From positions 1,771,890-1,835,889 of the forward strand of contig OZ245364.1 in the NCBI GenBank assembly GCA_965226545.1: a stretch of 64,000 nt of DNA, in the 5' to 3' direction. Numbering within the stretch: position 1 is the stretch's first letter; the number at the start of each line of letters is the position of its first letter. Below the pieces are notes generated by a model that made no database searches, had not been told where the DNA came from, and saw nothing but the letters and a program-made list of their open reading frames with translations. The translations under genes were made by a program, and so were the position numbers. Below, piece after piece: positions 18,531-26,957 of this stretch. This stretch comes from Candidatus Poriferihabitaceae bacterium. Its GTDB lineage: Bacteria; Pseudomonadota; Gammaproteobacteria; Arenicellales; Poriferihabitantaceae.

Positions 18531-19427
18531 ATGTTCACGCGAATCGTTTTATTTTTGTTGACCAACATTGCGGTGCTGATTGTGTTGAGCGTCACCGCAA
18601 AATTGTTTGGCATCGAGCCGGTTTTACACGCGCACACCGGAATAAGCCTCTTCGGGTTGTTGTTGTTCTCCGCGGCGGTTGGCATGTTGGGCGCGTTGAT
18701 TTCCTGTGCGCTGTCCAAGCCGATGGCAAAGCGCATGATGCGCGTGCGCCTTATCGACGCGGACGCAACCAACGACCGCGAACGTCGGCTGTGCAACACG
18801 GTGCGCCGTCAAGCCGAGATGGCCGGCATCGGCATGCCCGAAGTCGGCATCTTTGCATCGGCGCAACCCAATGCATTCGCCACCGGAATGTTTCGCAATA
18901 ACGCGCTGGTCGCCGTCAGCGAAGGCTTGCTCGAAAAATTAACCGCCGACGAAGTCGAAGCGGTGCTCGCGCATGAAGTCACGCATGTCGCCAACGGCGA
19001 TATGGTCACGCTCAGTTTAATACAGGGCGTGGTCAACACTTTCGTCATATTCTTCTCGCGGATTATCGGCATATTGGTCGCGCAAATTTTATTTCGCGGT
19101 CAACGCGGCGGCTATCAAATCGGCTATTTCATCTGCTCGCTGGTCGCGCAAATCGTGCTGTCGGTGTTGGCGACGATGATTGTGATGCGGTTTTCACGCC
19201 AACGCGAATTCCGCGCCGACCAAGGCGGCGCAAAACTCGCCGGCCGCGCCAAGATGATTTCCGCCTTGCGCCGCCTGCAAAACGCCACCGAACCCGAAGC
19301 CGAATTGCCGAAAGCCATCGAAGCCGCCGGCATCACCGGCGCGCGCAACGGCGGTTGGCGGCGGTTGTTTATGAGTCATCCGCCGTTGGAGGAACGGATT
19401 CGGGCTTTGCAAGAATATGAGTGCTAA
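18531..19427 (+). CDS. htpX: zinc metalloprotease HtpX
   Basis: N-terminal TM helices, HEVTHVANGDM (HExxH), and HPPLEERI near the C-terminus. Confidence 0.9.
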   Translation: MFTRIVLFLLTNIAVLIVLSVTAKLFGIEPVLHAHTGISLFGLLLFSAAVGMLGALISCALSKPMAKRMMRVRLIDADATNDRERRLCNTVRRQAEMAGIGMPEVGIFASAQPNAFATGMFRNNALVAVSEGLLEKLTADEVEAVLAHEVTHVANGDMVTLSLIQGVVNTFVIFFSRIIGILVAQILFRGQRGGYQIGYFICSLVAQIVLSVLATMIVMRFSRQREFRADQGGAKLAGRAKMISALRRLQNATEPEAELPKAIEAAGITGARNGGWRRLFMSHPPLEERIRALQEYEC

Positions 19428-19476
19428 TTTTGTATAACCATTTGATGTTTTTTTATAAAAAATTGTGAGAATGTGC

Positions 19477-19505
19477 TTGACTTCTGGATGCTTTGATTAC
19501 ATAAT
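19477..19505 (+). promoter_or_regulatory. candidate sigma70 promoter for the 19543 orphan gene
   Basis: TTGACT-17 nt-CATAAT, followed by a GAGG Shine-Dalgarno 8 nt before the ATG at 19543. Confidence 0.45.
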
Positions 19506-19542
19506 TCCAAACTCACTTAACTCAAATATTGAGGCATCTATT

Positions 19543-19956
19543 ATGTATATTCAACTGCAAGTTAATGAACAAATCTGCACTCGGCTTGCCGCTTACGCAT
19601 CCAAGAAAGATATTTCTTGGGAAGCGGCAATTGACGACTTGCTTACGAAATGTGAGCAAGAAAACTTATCGCGCTCCGTCGAGCCGCGTGCAGTTTCCGA
19701 AGATGAGCCAATTGAACTTGTCTTCCATCCCCACAGCAAACGAGAATTTAAACGTCTCCTTATGCAGCAAAAGCAGGCGTTTGTCCGGCGGTGGTATGAA
19801 AACGGTTCGCATAGTGACCATATCTGGAACGCAAGCAACTTCACTGTACATTCCGATTTGGTTGGCAATCTGCGAACCGGTTATGCCCAACGCACTCGGT
19901 GCCTTAAAGAGGGCGTCGTAAAAGTGGAGGTTTCCATTGAGCCGTTTGCCAACTAA
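19543..19956 (+). CDS. hypothetical protein, possible ribbon-helix-helix-like N-terminus
   Basis: I prefer the internal ATG at 19543 (GAGG SD plus promoter). MYIQLQVNEQICTRLAAYASKKDISWEAAIDDLL resembles CopG/RHH antitoxin N-termini. The region is AT-rich. Confidence 0.5.
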   Translation: MYIQLQVNEQICTRLAAYASKKDISWEAAIDDLLTKCEQENLSRSVEPRAVSEDEPIELVFHPHSKREFKRLLMQQKQAFVRRWYENGSHSDHIWNASNFTVHSDLVGNLRTGYAQRTRCLKEGVVKVEVSIEPFAN

Positions 19957-20112
19957 TGCGCTTGCAGTTGGCGCGTCACCGGCGCTTCAGTTTTGCCCGC
20001 CAATGCGGCGGGCAAAACTACCGCTTGGAATCCCAAGGTTGCCAAAAACCCGGACGGTTGCGGCACCCTCTAATTGATTTATTTACTTCACTACTTATTC
20101 GGAGAAAACCGT

Positions 20113-20454
20113 ATGACGAACAAAGAATTCATCGCTTCCGCATGGCGCAATAACTCGCTCGGTCACAAAACCGGTGCAGTCTTTGGTGTTTCGATTAATG
20201 TTTCCGGGCACAACATCCTCGAACAGATACTCGGATTACAAACACCCAACAAAGTCGAATTGCGAATCGATGGTGACTGGGTTTCCATCAATATCACTGA
20301 CACTTTTTGGACAACCTGCCCCGAATGGCGCAAAAAAGAAATCGGCGCTTGGTTAATCGCAAACAAGCGCGACGACTGGGAACTCAACAACCCTACGAAA
20401 ATTCGCGTAACGCATTTAGGCGACAATCGATTCGCGCTTGCGTTTGCTGATTAA
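20113..20454 (+). CDS. hypothetical protein, distant paralogue of the 24479-24802 product
   Basis: A GGAGAA SD precedes the ATG at 20113. The C-terminal motif KRDDWELNNPTKIRVTHLGDNRFAL matches KKWDDNRTPQVMLCHRGDDEFEV in the other ORF. Confidence 0.5.
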   Translation: MTNKEFIASAWRNNSLGHKTGAVFGVSINVSGHNILEQILGLQTPNKVELRIDGDWVSINITDTFWTTCPEWRKKEIGAWLIANKRDDWELNNPTKIRVTHLGDNRFALAFAD

Positions 20455-20490
20455 ATGCCCGCAAAAGAAAATCGTCACACACCACAAAAA

Positions 20491-21342
20491 TCACTTCGCC
20501 CCATTCGCCCGCAACACCGCCTTCACCGCCTCCCCCTCCGCCGACTCCAACGTCGTCTCGCCGTTTTCATTAACCGTATTCACCTCCGCCCCATTCGCAA
20601 GCAGCAACTCCACCATCTCGAGCGCGGCGTTTTCCGCGGCGTGTTGTAGCGGCGTTCGGCCCAATGCATCGCGAAAGTTCAATTTGGCGCCGTTGGCGAG
20701 CAGAAGTTCGGCCAGTGCCACGGCGTTTTTGGGGGCGGCCCAGTGCAATGCCGTGTCGCCGAGGTTGTTTCGTGCGTTGACATCGGCGCCGTTGGCGATT
20801 AATACGCGCGCCGCGGCGGGGGCGTCCAAGGCGATGGAAACTTGCAGCGCGGTTAAGCCGTTGTTGTCGTTGGCGTCGACGGCGACGTTGTTATCGATGA
20901 GCAATTGACACACTTCGGCGTGATTGTTCCAAGCGGCCCAGTGCAACACCGTCGCGCCGTTTTTTTCGCGCAGGGCGAGGTTTGCGCCGTGGGCGATTAA
21001 GCGTTGCACGGCATCAAAGGCGCCGTTGCGAGCGGCGAAAAACAGCGGGGTGTTGTCGCGGTTATCGATGGCGTCGACTTGCGCGCCGTGAGCGATGAGC
21101 GCATCGATTAACGCGACCGCATTGAATTGCGCGGCGATGTGCAGCGGCGTCTCGTTGGCTTTGTTGGTTTCGCGCACATCCGCGCCGTTTTGTATCAGGC
21201 GATTGGCTTTTGCGGTGTCGCCGTCGGCGATGGCGTCGAACAATCGCGAACCGGCCAAGGCGGTTGTGCATACGGCGGTCGTCAACAACATTAACAGCGC
21301 AATTGATGCCCAGTTGATTGGAGTGCTGATTGGATTGCTCAT
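20491..21342 (-). CDS. secreted ankyrin-repeat protein
   Basis: N-terminal signal-like segment, then about 7 repeats of the G.T.LH.AA..G....V..LL..GA..N pattern. Confidence 0.85.
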   Translation of the reverse strand: MSNPISTPINWASIALLMLLTTAVCTTALAGSRLFDAIADGDTAKANRLIQNGADVRETNKANETPLHIAAQFNAVALIDALIAHGAQVDAIDNRDNTPLFFAARNGAFDAVQRLIAHGANLALREKNGATVLHWAAWNNHAEVCQLLIDNNVAVDANDNNGLTALQVSIALDAPAAARVLIANGADVNARNNLGDTALHWAAPKNAVALAELLLANGAKLNFRDALGRTPLQHAAENAALEMVELLLANGAEVNTVNENGETTLESAEGEAVKAVLRANGAK

Positions 21343-21605
21343 TGGATTGCCTCGAGTGGAATGCGCCCGATTTTACGCCCAAACGCCGCGCATATCGCCG
21401 CCGCCGAACTGTTATAATCGCGCCGCAATATTTTTGTGCGGGTTTTTTGTACAGCCCGCTTTTGTGCGATTTATTTTTGTATAATTAATTTGCACCCTTT
21501 AACATTTGTGCGATTTACTTTTATACGATTGATTGATACAACTTAACCTTTGCACAAAACTTATTAACATCGATACACCATAACTTCCACCGTAACGCCA
21601 ACGAA

Positions 21606-21905
21606 ATGAACGCCGCCACCCAACCGCCGGATTTTTTAATACACGACGCGCACGACGATGTCGGCGTGGTCGTCGTCGAAGAGATTGACGCCGGGCAACA
21701 GTTAACCGGCTGGTGCATGGAAACCGACGAGACCGTCACGGTCAAAACGCTCGAGCCGATTCCGCTTGGGCATAAGATTGCGTTGCGCGACATTAAGACC
21801 GGCGAGGATGTCATTAAATACGGCGAAATCATCGGGCGCGCGGTTGCCGATATTGCAACCGGCGCGCATCTGCATGTACACAACACCAAAACCAAAAAGT
21901 GGTGA
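21606..21905 (+). CDS. UxaA-family dehydratase/lyase small (SAF-domain) subunit; candidate sulfolactate sulfo-lyase SuyA
   Basis: 99-aa protein [42 protein letters not shown]...GAHLHVHN (SAF/UxaA N-terminus). It lies immediately upstream of the large subunit. Confidence 0.7.
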   Translation: MNAATQPPDFLIHDAHDDVGVVVVEEIDAGQQLTGWCMETDETVTVKTLEPIPLGHKIALRDIKTGEDVIKYGEIIGRAVADIATGAHLHVHNTKTKKW

Positions 21906-21910
21906 TCGAT

Positions 21911-23098
21911 ATGTCCGCCAATAAACCCGCAACGCCGCCGAGCATCCTCGGCTATCGCCGCGAAAATAAACGCGTCGGCATCCGCAATCATGTGGTGATT
22001 TTGCCGCTCGACGATTTATCCAACGCCGCCTGCGAAGCGGTCGCCAACCACATTCACGGCACGATGGCGATACCGCACGCCTATGGTCGGCTGCAATTCG
22101 GCGAGGATTTGCAACTGCACTTCCGCACATTGATTGGCACCGGCGCGAATCCCAACGTGGCGGCGGTGATTGTCATCGGCATCGAGCCGGAATGGACGCA
22201 AGTCATCGTCGACGGCATCGCCGAGAGCGGCAAACCGGTGCGCGGGTTTTCGATTGAACGGCACGGCGACATCAACACGATTGCGATGGCCAGCCGCACG
22301 GCAAAGGAATATGTGCATTGGGCGTCCGAATTGCGTCGCACCGAATGTTCGCTGGCGGATGTTTGGGTGTCGCATAAATGCGGCGAATCCGACACGACTT
22401 CGGGGATTGCGGCCAATCCGACGGTCGGCAATTTCGTCGACAAAACCGACGCCATGGGCGTGACCAACTGTTTCAGCGAAACCTCCGAGATTACCGGCGG
22501 CGAACATTTGTGCCGAGCGCGCGCGATTGATGAAAAAATCGGCGATAAATGGTACGCCACTTGGAAGGCGTACATGGACGAAGTCATCGAGCCGCACAAG
22601 ACTTCCGATTTATCCGACAGCCAGCCGACCAAAGGCAACATCGCCGGCGGCTTGACCACGATTGAAGAAAAGGCGCTCGGCAATTTGCAAAAAATTGGCA
22701 AGCGCGCGAAATATATCGATGTCCTCGAGCCGGCCGAGACTCCGAACAAAGGCGCGGGGTTGTATTTTATGGACACCTCCTCGGCCGCCGCCGAATGCGT
22801 TACGCTCAAAGCCGCCGCCGGGTTTGTCGTGCATTGTTTCCCCACCGGACAAGGCAACATCATCGGCAACCCGATTGAGCCGGTGATTAAAATCACCGCC
22901 AACCCGCGCACCATGCGCACGATGAGCGAACATGTCGATGTCGATGTATCGAAATTGTTGCGCCGCGAGATGAACATGGACGAAGCCGGCGATGCGTTGC
23001 TGGATATGGTGGTGCGCACCTGCAACGGACGATTGACCGCCGCCGAAGCGTTGGGGCATCGTGAGTTTGTGTTGACCAAGTTGTATCGAAGCGCGTAG
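21911..23098 (+). CDS. UxaA-family dehydratase/lyase large subunit; candidate sulfolactate sulfo-lyase SuyB
   Basis: [50 protein letters not shown], typical of the altronate-dehydratase C-terminal domain. The two-subunit split is as in SuyAB. Confidence 0.75.
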   Translation: MSANKPATPPSILGYRRENKRVGIRNHVVILPLDDLSNAACEAVANHIHGTMAIPHAYGRLQFGEDLQLHFRTLIGTGANPNVAAVIVIGIEPEWTQVIVDGIAESGKPVRGFSIERHGDINTIAMASRTAKEYVHWASELRRTECSLADVWVSHKCGESDTTSGIAANPTVGNFVDKTDAMGVTNCFSETSEITGGEHLCRARAIDEKIGDKWYATWKAYMDEVIEPHKTSDLSDSQPTKGNIAGGLTTIEEKALGNLQKIGKRAKYIDVLEPAETPNKGAGLYFMDTSSAAAECVTLKAAAGFVVHCFPTGQGNIIGNPIEPVIKITANPRTMRTMSEHVDVDVSKLLRREMNMDEAGDALLDMVVRTCNGRLTAAEALGHREFVLTKLYRSA

Positions 23099-23203
23099 CG
23101 TTGTATTGCGCTTTGTTGTTTTTGTTTTTTTATTTTACTTAGCCACTTGAGTTTTCTTGCTGTTTAATCGCTACACCAATTCAATGAATGGGGGAATTTA
23201 AAA

Positions 23204-24343
23204 ATGTTACGACTATTCAAATTGCCGGCAATTGCTTTCGCCATTGTCGGCGCGGTATTTCTGACCGGATGCAGTGAAGACGACAACAAATCCACTTCGC
23301 AATCCGCCGAAGTCGAAAACCGAGTTACCATCCGCGTACAGTCGGTGTTGCCGACCAAGGCCGATGAAATCGTCATGGTCAGAGATTTTGCCGACAACGT
23401 CGCCGCCTTGACCAACGGTCAAGTCATCATCGAAGTGTTGCCCGACGGCGCAGTCGTCAGCGGGCGCGACATTCTCGATGCAGTCGACAAAGGGCTGGTT
23501 GACGGCGGCTTTGCGTGGACGCATTACTGGTCGGGCAAACACCCGGCTGCGATGCTGTTCGGTTCGCCGGTTGCCGGCGCCGGTGTCGGCATTGACAACA
23601 TCGCGTTCCTCTCGTGGTATATGAACGGCGGCGGACGCGAGTTGTATACCCGCTTGTGGGATGAGATGGGCATGAACATCAAAGGCTTGATGTTACAACC
23701 GGTCGGCCCCGAAGCGTTGGGTTGGTTTAAGGAGCCGATTAACAGCATGGAAGATTTTCGCAAATATCGCTTCCGCACCCCGCCGGGCATTCCCGGGCAA
23801 ACCTATAAAGACATCGGCGTCGCCTCAGTGGCGATGGGCGGCGGCGACATTTTGCCGGCGCTCGAAAAAGGCGTGATTGACGCCGCCGAATGGTGCTGCC
23901 CGAAACCCGACAGCGTGTTTGGTTTCCAAAAGGTGCTGAAGCATTATTATCTGCAGGGCTTGCATCAAGTCGTGGTCAACGCCGACATGTACATCAACAA
24001 AGATGTATGGAACAAATTAACCGACCGCCAAAAGCGCGCGATGGAAGTCGCCGCCGATGCGTCGTTGATTCGTTCGCTGTCGTATCGCATTTACGAAAAC
24101 GGCAAGGCGCTCAAAGACCTCACCGAGAATCACGGCGTCATCCTGCACGACACGCCGGCGGATTATTTTCCGGCATACATGAACGCCGCCAAAGCCAGCC
24201 TCGAGAAAAACGCCGCAAAAAACGCGTTCTTCAAAGAAGTCTGGGATTCACAAAAAGCCTTCGCCGAAATCGCCGTGCCGTTCTGGGCTGGCGCGCAAAC
24301 TTCGAATGCGAAGTTGGGCAAGGCGTTTGCTGACGGTCAATGA
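23204..24343 (+). CDS. TRAP transporter substrate-binding protein (lipoprotein-type signal); candidate sulfonate-binding component
   Basis: The signal peptide ends in LTGC. The product is about 380 aa and the membrane components follow downstream. Confidence 0.75.
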   Translation: MLRLFKLPAIAFAIVGAVFLTGCSEDDNKSTSQSAEVENRVTIRVQSVLPTKADEIVMVRDFADNVAALTNGQVIIEVLPDGAVVSGRDILDAVDKGLVDGGFAWTHYWSGKHPAAMLFGSPVAGAGVGIDNIAFLSWYMNGGGRELYTRLWDEMGMNIKGLMLQPVGPEALGWFKEPINSMEDFRKYRFRTPPGIPGQTYKDIGVASVAMGGGDILPALEKGVIDAAEWCCPKPDSVFGFQKVLKHYYLQGLHQVVVNADMYINKDVWNKLTDRQKRAMEVAADASLIRSLSYRIYENGKALKDLTENHGVILHDTPADYFPAYMNAAKASLEKNAAKNAFFKEVWDSQKAFAEIAVPFWAGAQTSNAKLGKAFADGQ

Positions 24344-24369
24344 TTGATTCGTTGAATTGACTGACGGAA

Positions 24370-24402
24370 CTCGACGGGCGTTGTGCCCGTCGAGTTTTTT
24401 TA
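24370..24402 (+). terminator. rho-independent terminator after the TRAP binding-protein gene
   Basis: CTCGACGGGC-gttgt-GCCCGTCGAG followed by TTTTTTT. Confidence 0.8.
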
Positions 24403-24478
24403 TTGTTTATTTGTTTACTGTTTTGTTTATTATTTTTTTGTCCCTTATTTTTTTACCATTTTATTGTGTATTTGTTCA

Positions 24479-24802
24479 ATGATGTCCTATCGAAGATTCA
24501 CCCTAACACTCGGCTTCTACGGCGAGAAAAAACACCTGTACATGCCGGTGTCGCTCAACGAATGCGCGCGGATATTTCAGCGTGAATGGGAGTCGATAAA
24601 GTTGTATTATGACGACCGTTGCCTGACCGTGCCGTTGCGGTTTTGTGCGTGGAACAATCGCATCGAATTGGACAGCGAAGAACTTCACCGGTATTTGGAT
24701 GTCCTCATCGACACCAAAAAATGGGATGACAACCGCACCCCGCAAGTAATGTTGTGCCATCGCGGCGACGATGAATTCGAAGTCGTTGGGCGTGTGTTTT
24801 AA
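24479..24802 (+). CDS. hypothetical small protein inserted inside the TRAP operon, paralogue of the 20113-20454 product
   Basis: The track ORF is trimmed to the ATG at 24479, because the upstream part is a T-rich spacer. There is no clear SD. Support comes mainly from the shared C-terminal motif with the 20113 ORF. Confidence 0.4.
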   Translation: MMSYRRFTLTLGFYGEKKHLYMPVSLNECARIFQREWESIKLYYDDRCLTVPLRFCAWNNRIELDSEELHRYLDVLIDTKKWDDNRTPQVMLCHRGDDEFEVVGRVF

Positions 24803-24920
24803 GAAGTTAAAGTCACAATTAAAAGTTACCTTGATAAGTTACTTTTATAAGTTACTTTTATAAGTTACAATCACCCAATCAAAATTAAATCAAAATTAAT
24901 TAAACCCAACACCAACGACC

Positions 24921-25532
24921 ATGCCGGAACAAATCGACCCGTCGAAACTCGACACCGCCGACGAACTCATCGCCGAGCGGCGCGGTGTGACCGCGCAACT
25001 GCCCGCCGACATGCCGACTTGGATGGCGGCGACGATACGCGCGATTGATGCGTTTAGTTTTGCCACCGGGCGCGTGGTCTGTTGGCTGTTGTTGCCGCTG
25101 GGGTTGGCGATGGTTTATGAAGTCATCGCGCGCAAATATTTTCTCGCGCCGACCATGTGGGCGTACGACATCAGCCGAATGTTTTACGGCGCATTATTTA
25201 TGCTCGGCGCGGCGTATGCATTGATGCGCGGCGTGCATATCCGCGCCGATTTTTTATATCGCAACTGGTCGGCGCGCGCACAAGGCGTAATTGACGCGAC
25301 GCTGTATCTCACCTTCTATTTCCCCGGCTTGATGGTGTTTTTGTGGACTTCCATCGATTACGCCTGGCTGGCAATTGAACGCGGCGAACGCGGCATGGAC
25401 ACCGCATGGATGCCGTACATGGGCCCGGTCAAATCGGTGTTGCCGATTGGCGCGGTGTTGCTGTTGATACAAGGCGTATCCGAAACCTTAAAAAGCGTTT
25501 ACGCCGCGCGCCATAATCGGTGGCCGACATGA
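24921..25532 (+). CDS. TRAP transporter small permease subunit
   Basis: 203-aa protein with 4 predicted TM segments. It overlaps the large-permease start (ATGA). Confidence 0.75.
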   Translation: MPEQIDPSKLDTADELIAERRGVTAQLPADMPTWMAATIRAIDAFSFATGRVVCWLLLPLGLAMVYEVIARKYFLAPTMWAYDISRMFYGALFMLGAAYALMRGVHIRADFLYRNWSARAQGVIDATLYLTFYFPGLMVFLWTSIDYAWLAIERGERGMDTAWMPYMGPVKSVLPIGAVLLLIQGVSETLKSVYAARHNRWPT

Positions 25533-26869
25533 TTGATTCCATCATCAACCTGCCGCCCGAATGGATTGGCGTCGTCATGATTGGCGTGATGTTGTTCGCC
25601 ATCTTCGTCGGCTTCCCGATTTCCTTCACGCTGATTTTCCTCGGCATGGCGTTCGGCTTGTGGGGGTTTGGTCAACTGGTGTTTTACCTGATGACCTTTC
25701 AATTCTCCAATGTAATGCTCGAGCAAACCTTGGCCGCGGTGCCGCTGTTTATTTTCATGGGCATCTTAATGGAACAAGCCGGGCTGATGGAACGCCTGTT
25801 CAAAGCCGTGCTGCTCACCTTGTCGCGCGTCAAGGGCGCGTTGTATGTCGCGGTGTTGTTGGTGTCGACCGTATTCGCCGCAGCCACCGGCATTGTCGGC
25901 GCCTCGGTCACGATACTCGGCATCATGGCGGCCAAAACCATGAACCAATCCGGCTACAACCCACGCCTCGCGGCCGGCACCATCACCGCCGGCGGCACGC
26001 TCGGCATTTTGATTCCGCCGAGCATTATGTTGGTGGTGATGGGCCCAATTCTCGAAGTGCCGGTCACCGATTTATTCGCCGCCGCCATCATCCCCGGCTT
26101 TATGCTGGCGATGTTGTACACCTTCTACGCCCTACTCCGTTGCCAGATAAACCCTTCACTCGGCCCGCCGTTGCCGGAACACATGCGCGCCAAATCGATG
26201 GCGTATGTATGGAAGGAATTCGCGCTCGGCTTGGTGCCGCCGGCGGCGTTGGTCGGCTTTGCCCTCGGCAGCATCCTGCTCGGCTTCGCCACGCCAACCG
26301 AAGCCGCCGGCATGGGCGCCATCGGCGCATTCCTGCTTGCAGCCGCCTATCGCAAACTCACCTGGCGCGGCTTTCAAGACGCGCTGATTAAAACCCTGGA
26401 AATCTCCGCGTTAATTTTGGTGCTGGTCGCCGCCAGCAATTTCTTCGGCGCCGTATTCTCCCGCCTCGGCACGCCGGGCATGCTGACCAACCATCTGCTC
26501 GCTTTGGAGATGTCGCCGTATATGGTGCTGTTCATGATTATGGCGTTGATTTTCCTCCTCGGCTGGCCGCTCGAATGGGTGCCGATTGTGCTGATTATCG
26601 TGCCGATTCTGTTGCCAGTCGTCGAACAACTCGGCTTCAATCTCGTCTGGTTCGGCATCTTAGTCGCCGTCAACCTACAAACCGCCTGGCTGTCCCCGCC
26701 GGTCGCCCTATCCGCCTACTTCCTAAAAGGCGTCGTCCCCGATTGGGATTTAAAGGACATCTACGCCGGAATGATGCAGTTCATGCTCATCCAACTGATT
26801 GGCTTGCTGCTGATTATTTTCTTCCCGCAGATTGCGTTGTGGTTGCCGGAGGTTTTGTATGGGCGGTAG
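25529..26869 (+). CDS. TRAP transporter large permease subunit (DctM family)
   Basis: Polytopic protein of about 446 aa. The ATG at 25529 overlaps the stop of the small subunit. Confidence 0.85.
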   Translation: MIDSIINLPPEWIGVVMIGVMLFAIFVGFPISFTLIFLGMAFGLWGFGQLVFYLMTFQFSNVMLEQTLAAVPLFIFMGILMEQAGLMERLFKAVLLTLSRVKGALYVAVLLVSTVFAAATGIVGASVTILGIMAAKTMNQSGYNPRLAAGTITAGGTLGILIPPSIMLVVMGPILEVPVTDLFAAAIIPGFMLAMLYTFYALLRCQINPSLGPPLPEHMRAKSMAYVWKEFALGLVPPAALVGFALGSILLGFATPTEAAGMGAIGAFLLAAAYRKLTWRGFQDALIKTLEISALILVLVAASNFFGAVFSRLGTPGMLTNHLLALEMSPYMVLFMIMALIFLLGWPLEWVPIVLIIVPILLPVVEQLGFNLVWFGILVAVNLQTAWLSPPVALSAYFLKGVVPDWDLKDIYAGMMQFMLIQLIGLLLIIFFPQIALWLPEVLYGR

Positions 26870-26957
26870 TTGTACGCCGCTTTCTGAACGCGAAAATTTT
26901 TTGATTTGTTTTGTGATATAACTGGCGTAGACACTAATCATATACGGCACGAAAACA

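Noticed and set aside
22081-23079. 332-aa minus-strand ORF antisense to the UxaA large subunit; similar long antisense ORFs lie at 28151-28729, 55283-56143, 56606-57526 and 62189-62902
   Set aside because: All lie opposite strongly supported genes and show biased S/A/R/P composition. The poly-G in 28151-28729 is simply the mirror of the sense poly-Pro linker.
26870-26957. Island boundaries checked for att-like direct repeats, tRNA genes, integrases and IS elements (also 1229-1363, 4787-4837, 31736-31768, 50447-50607 and 57302-57343)
   Set aside because: I could see no tRNA-like sequence, recombinase or transposase ORF, or matching terminal repeats by eye, so no mobile_element feature is called. 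Short direct repeats could have been missed without a computational search.
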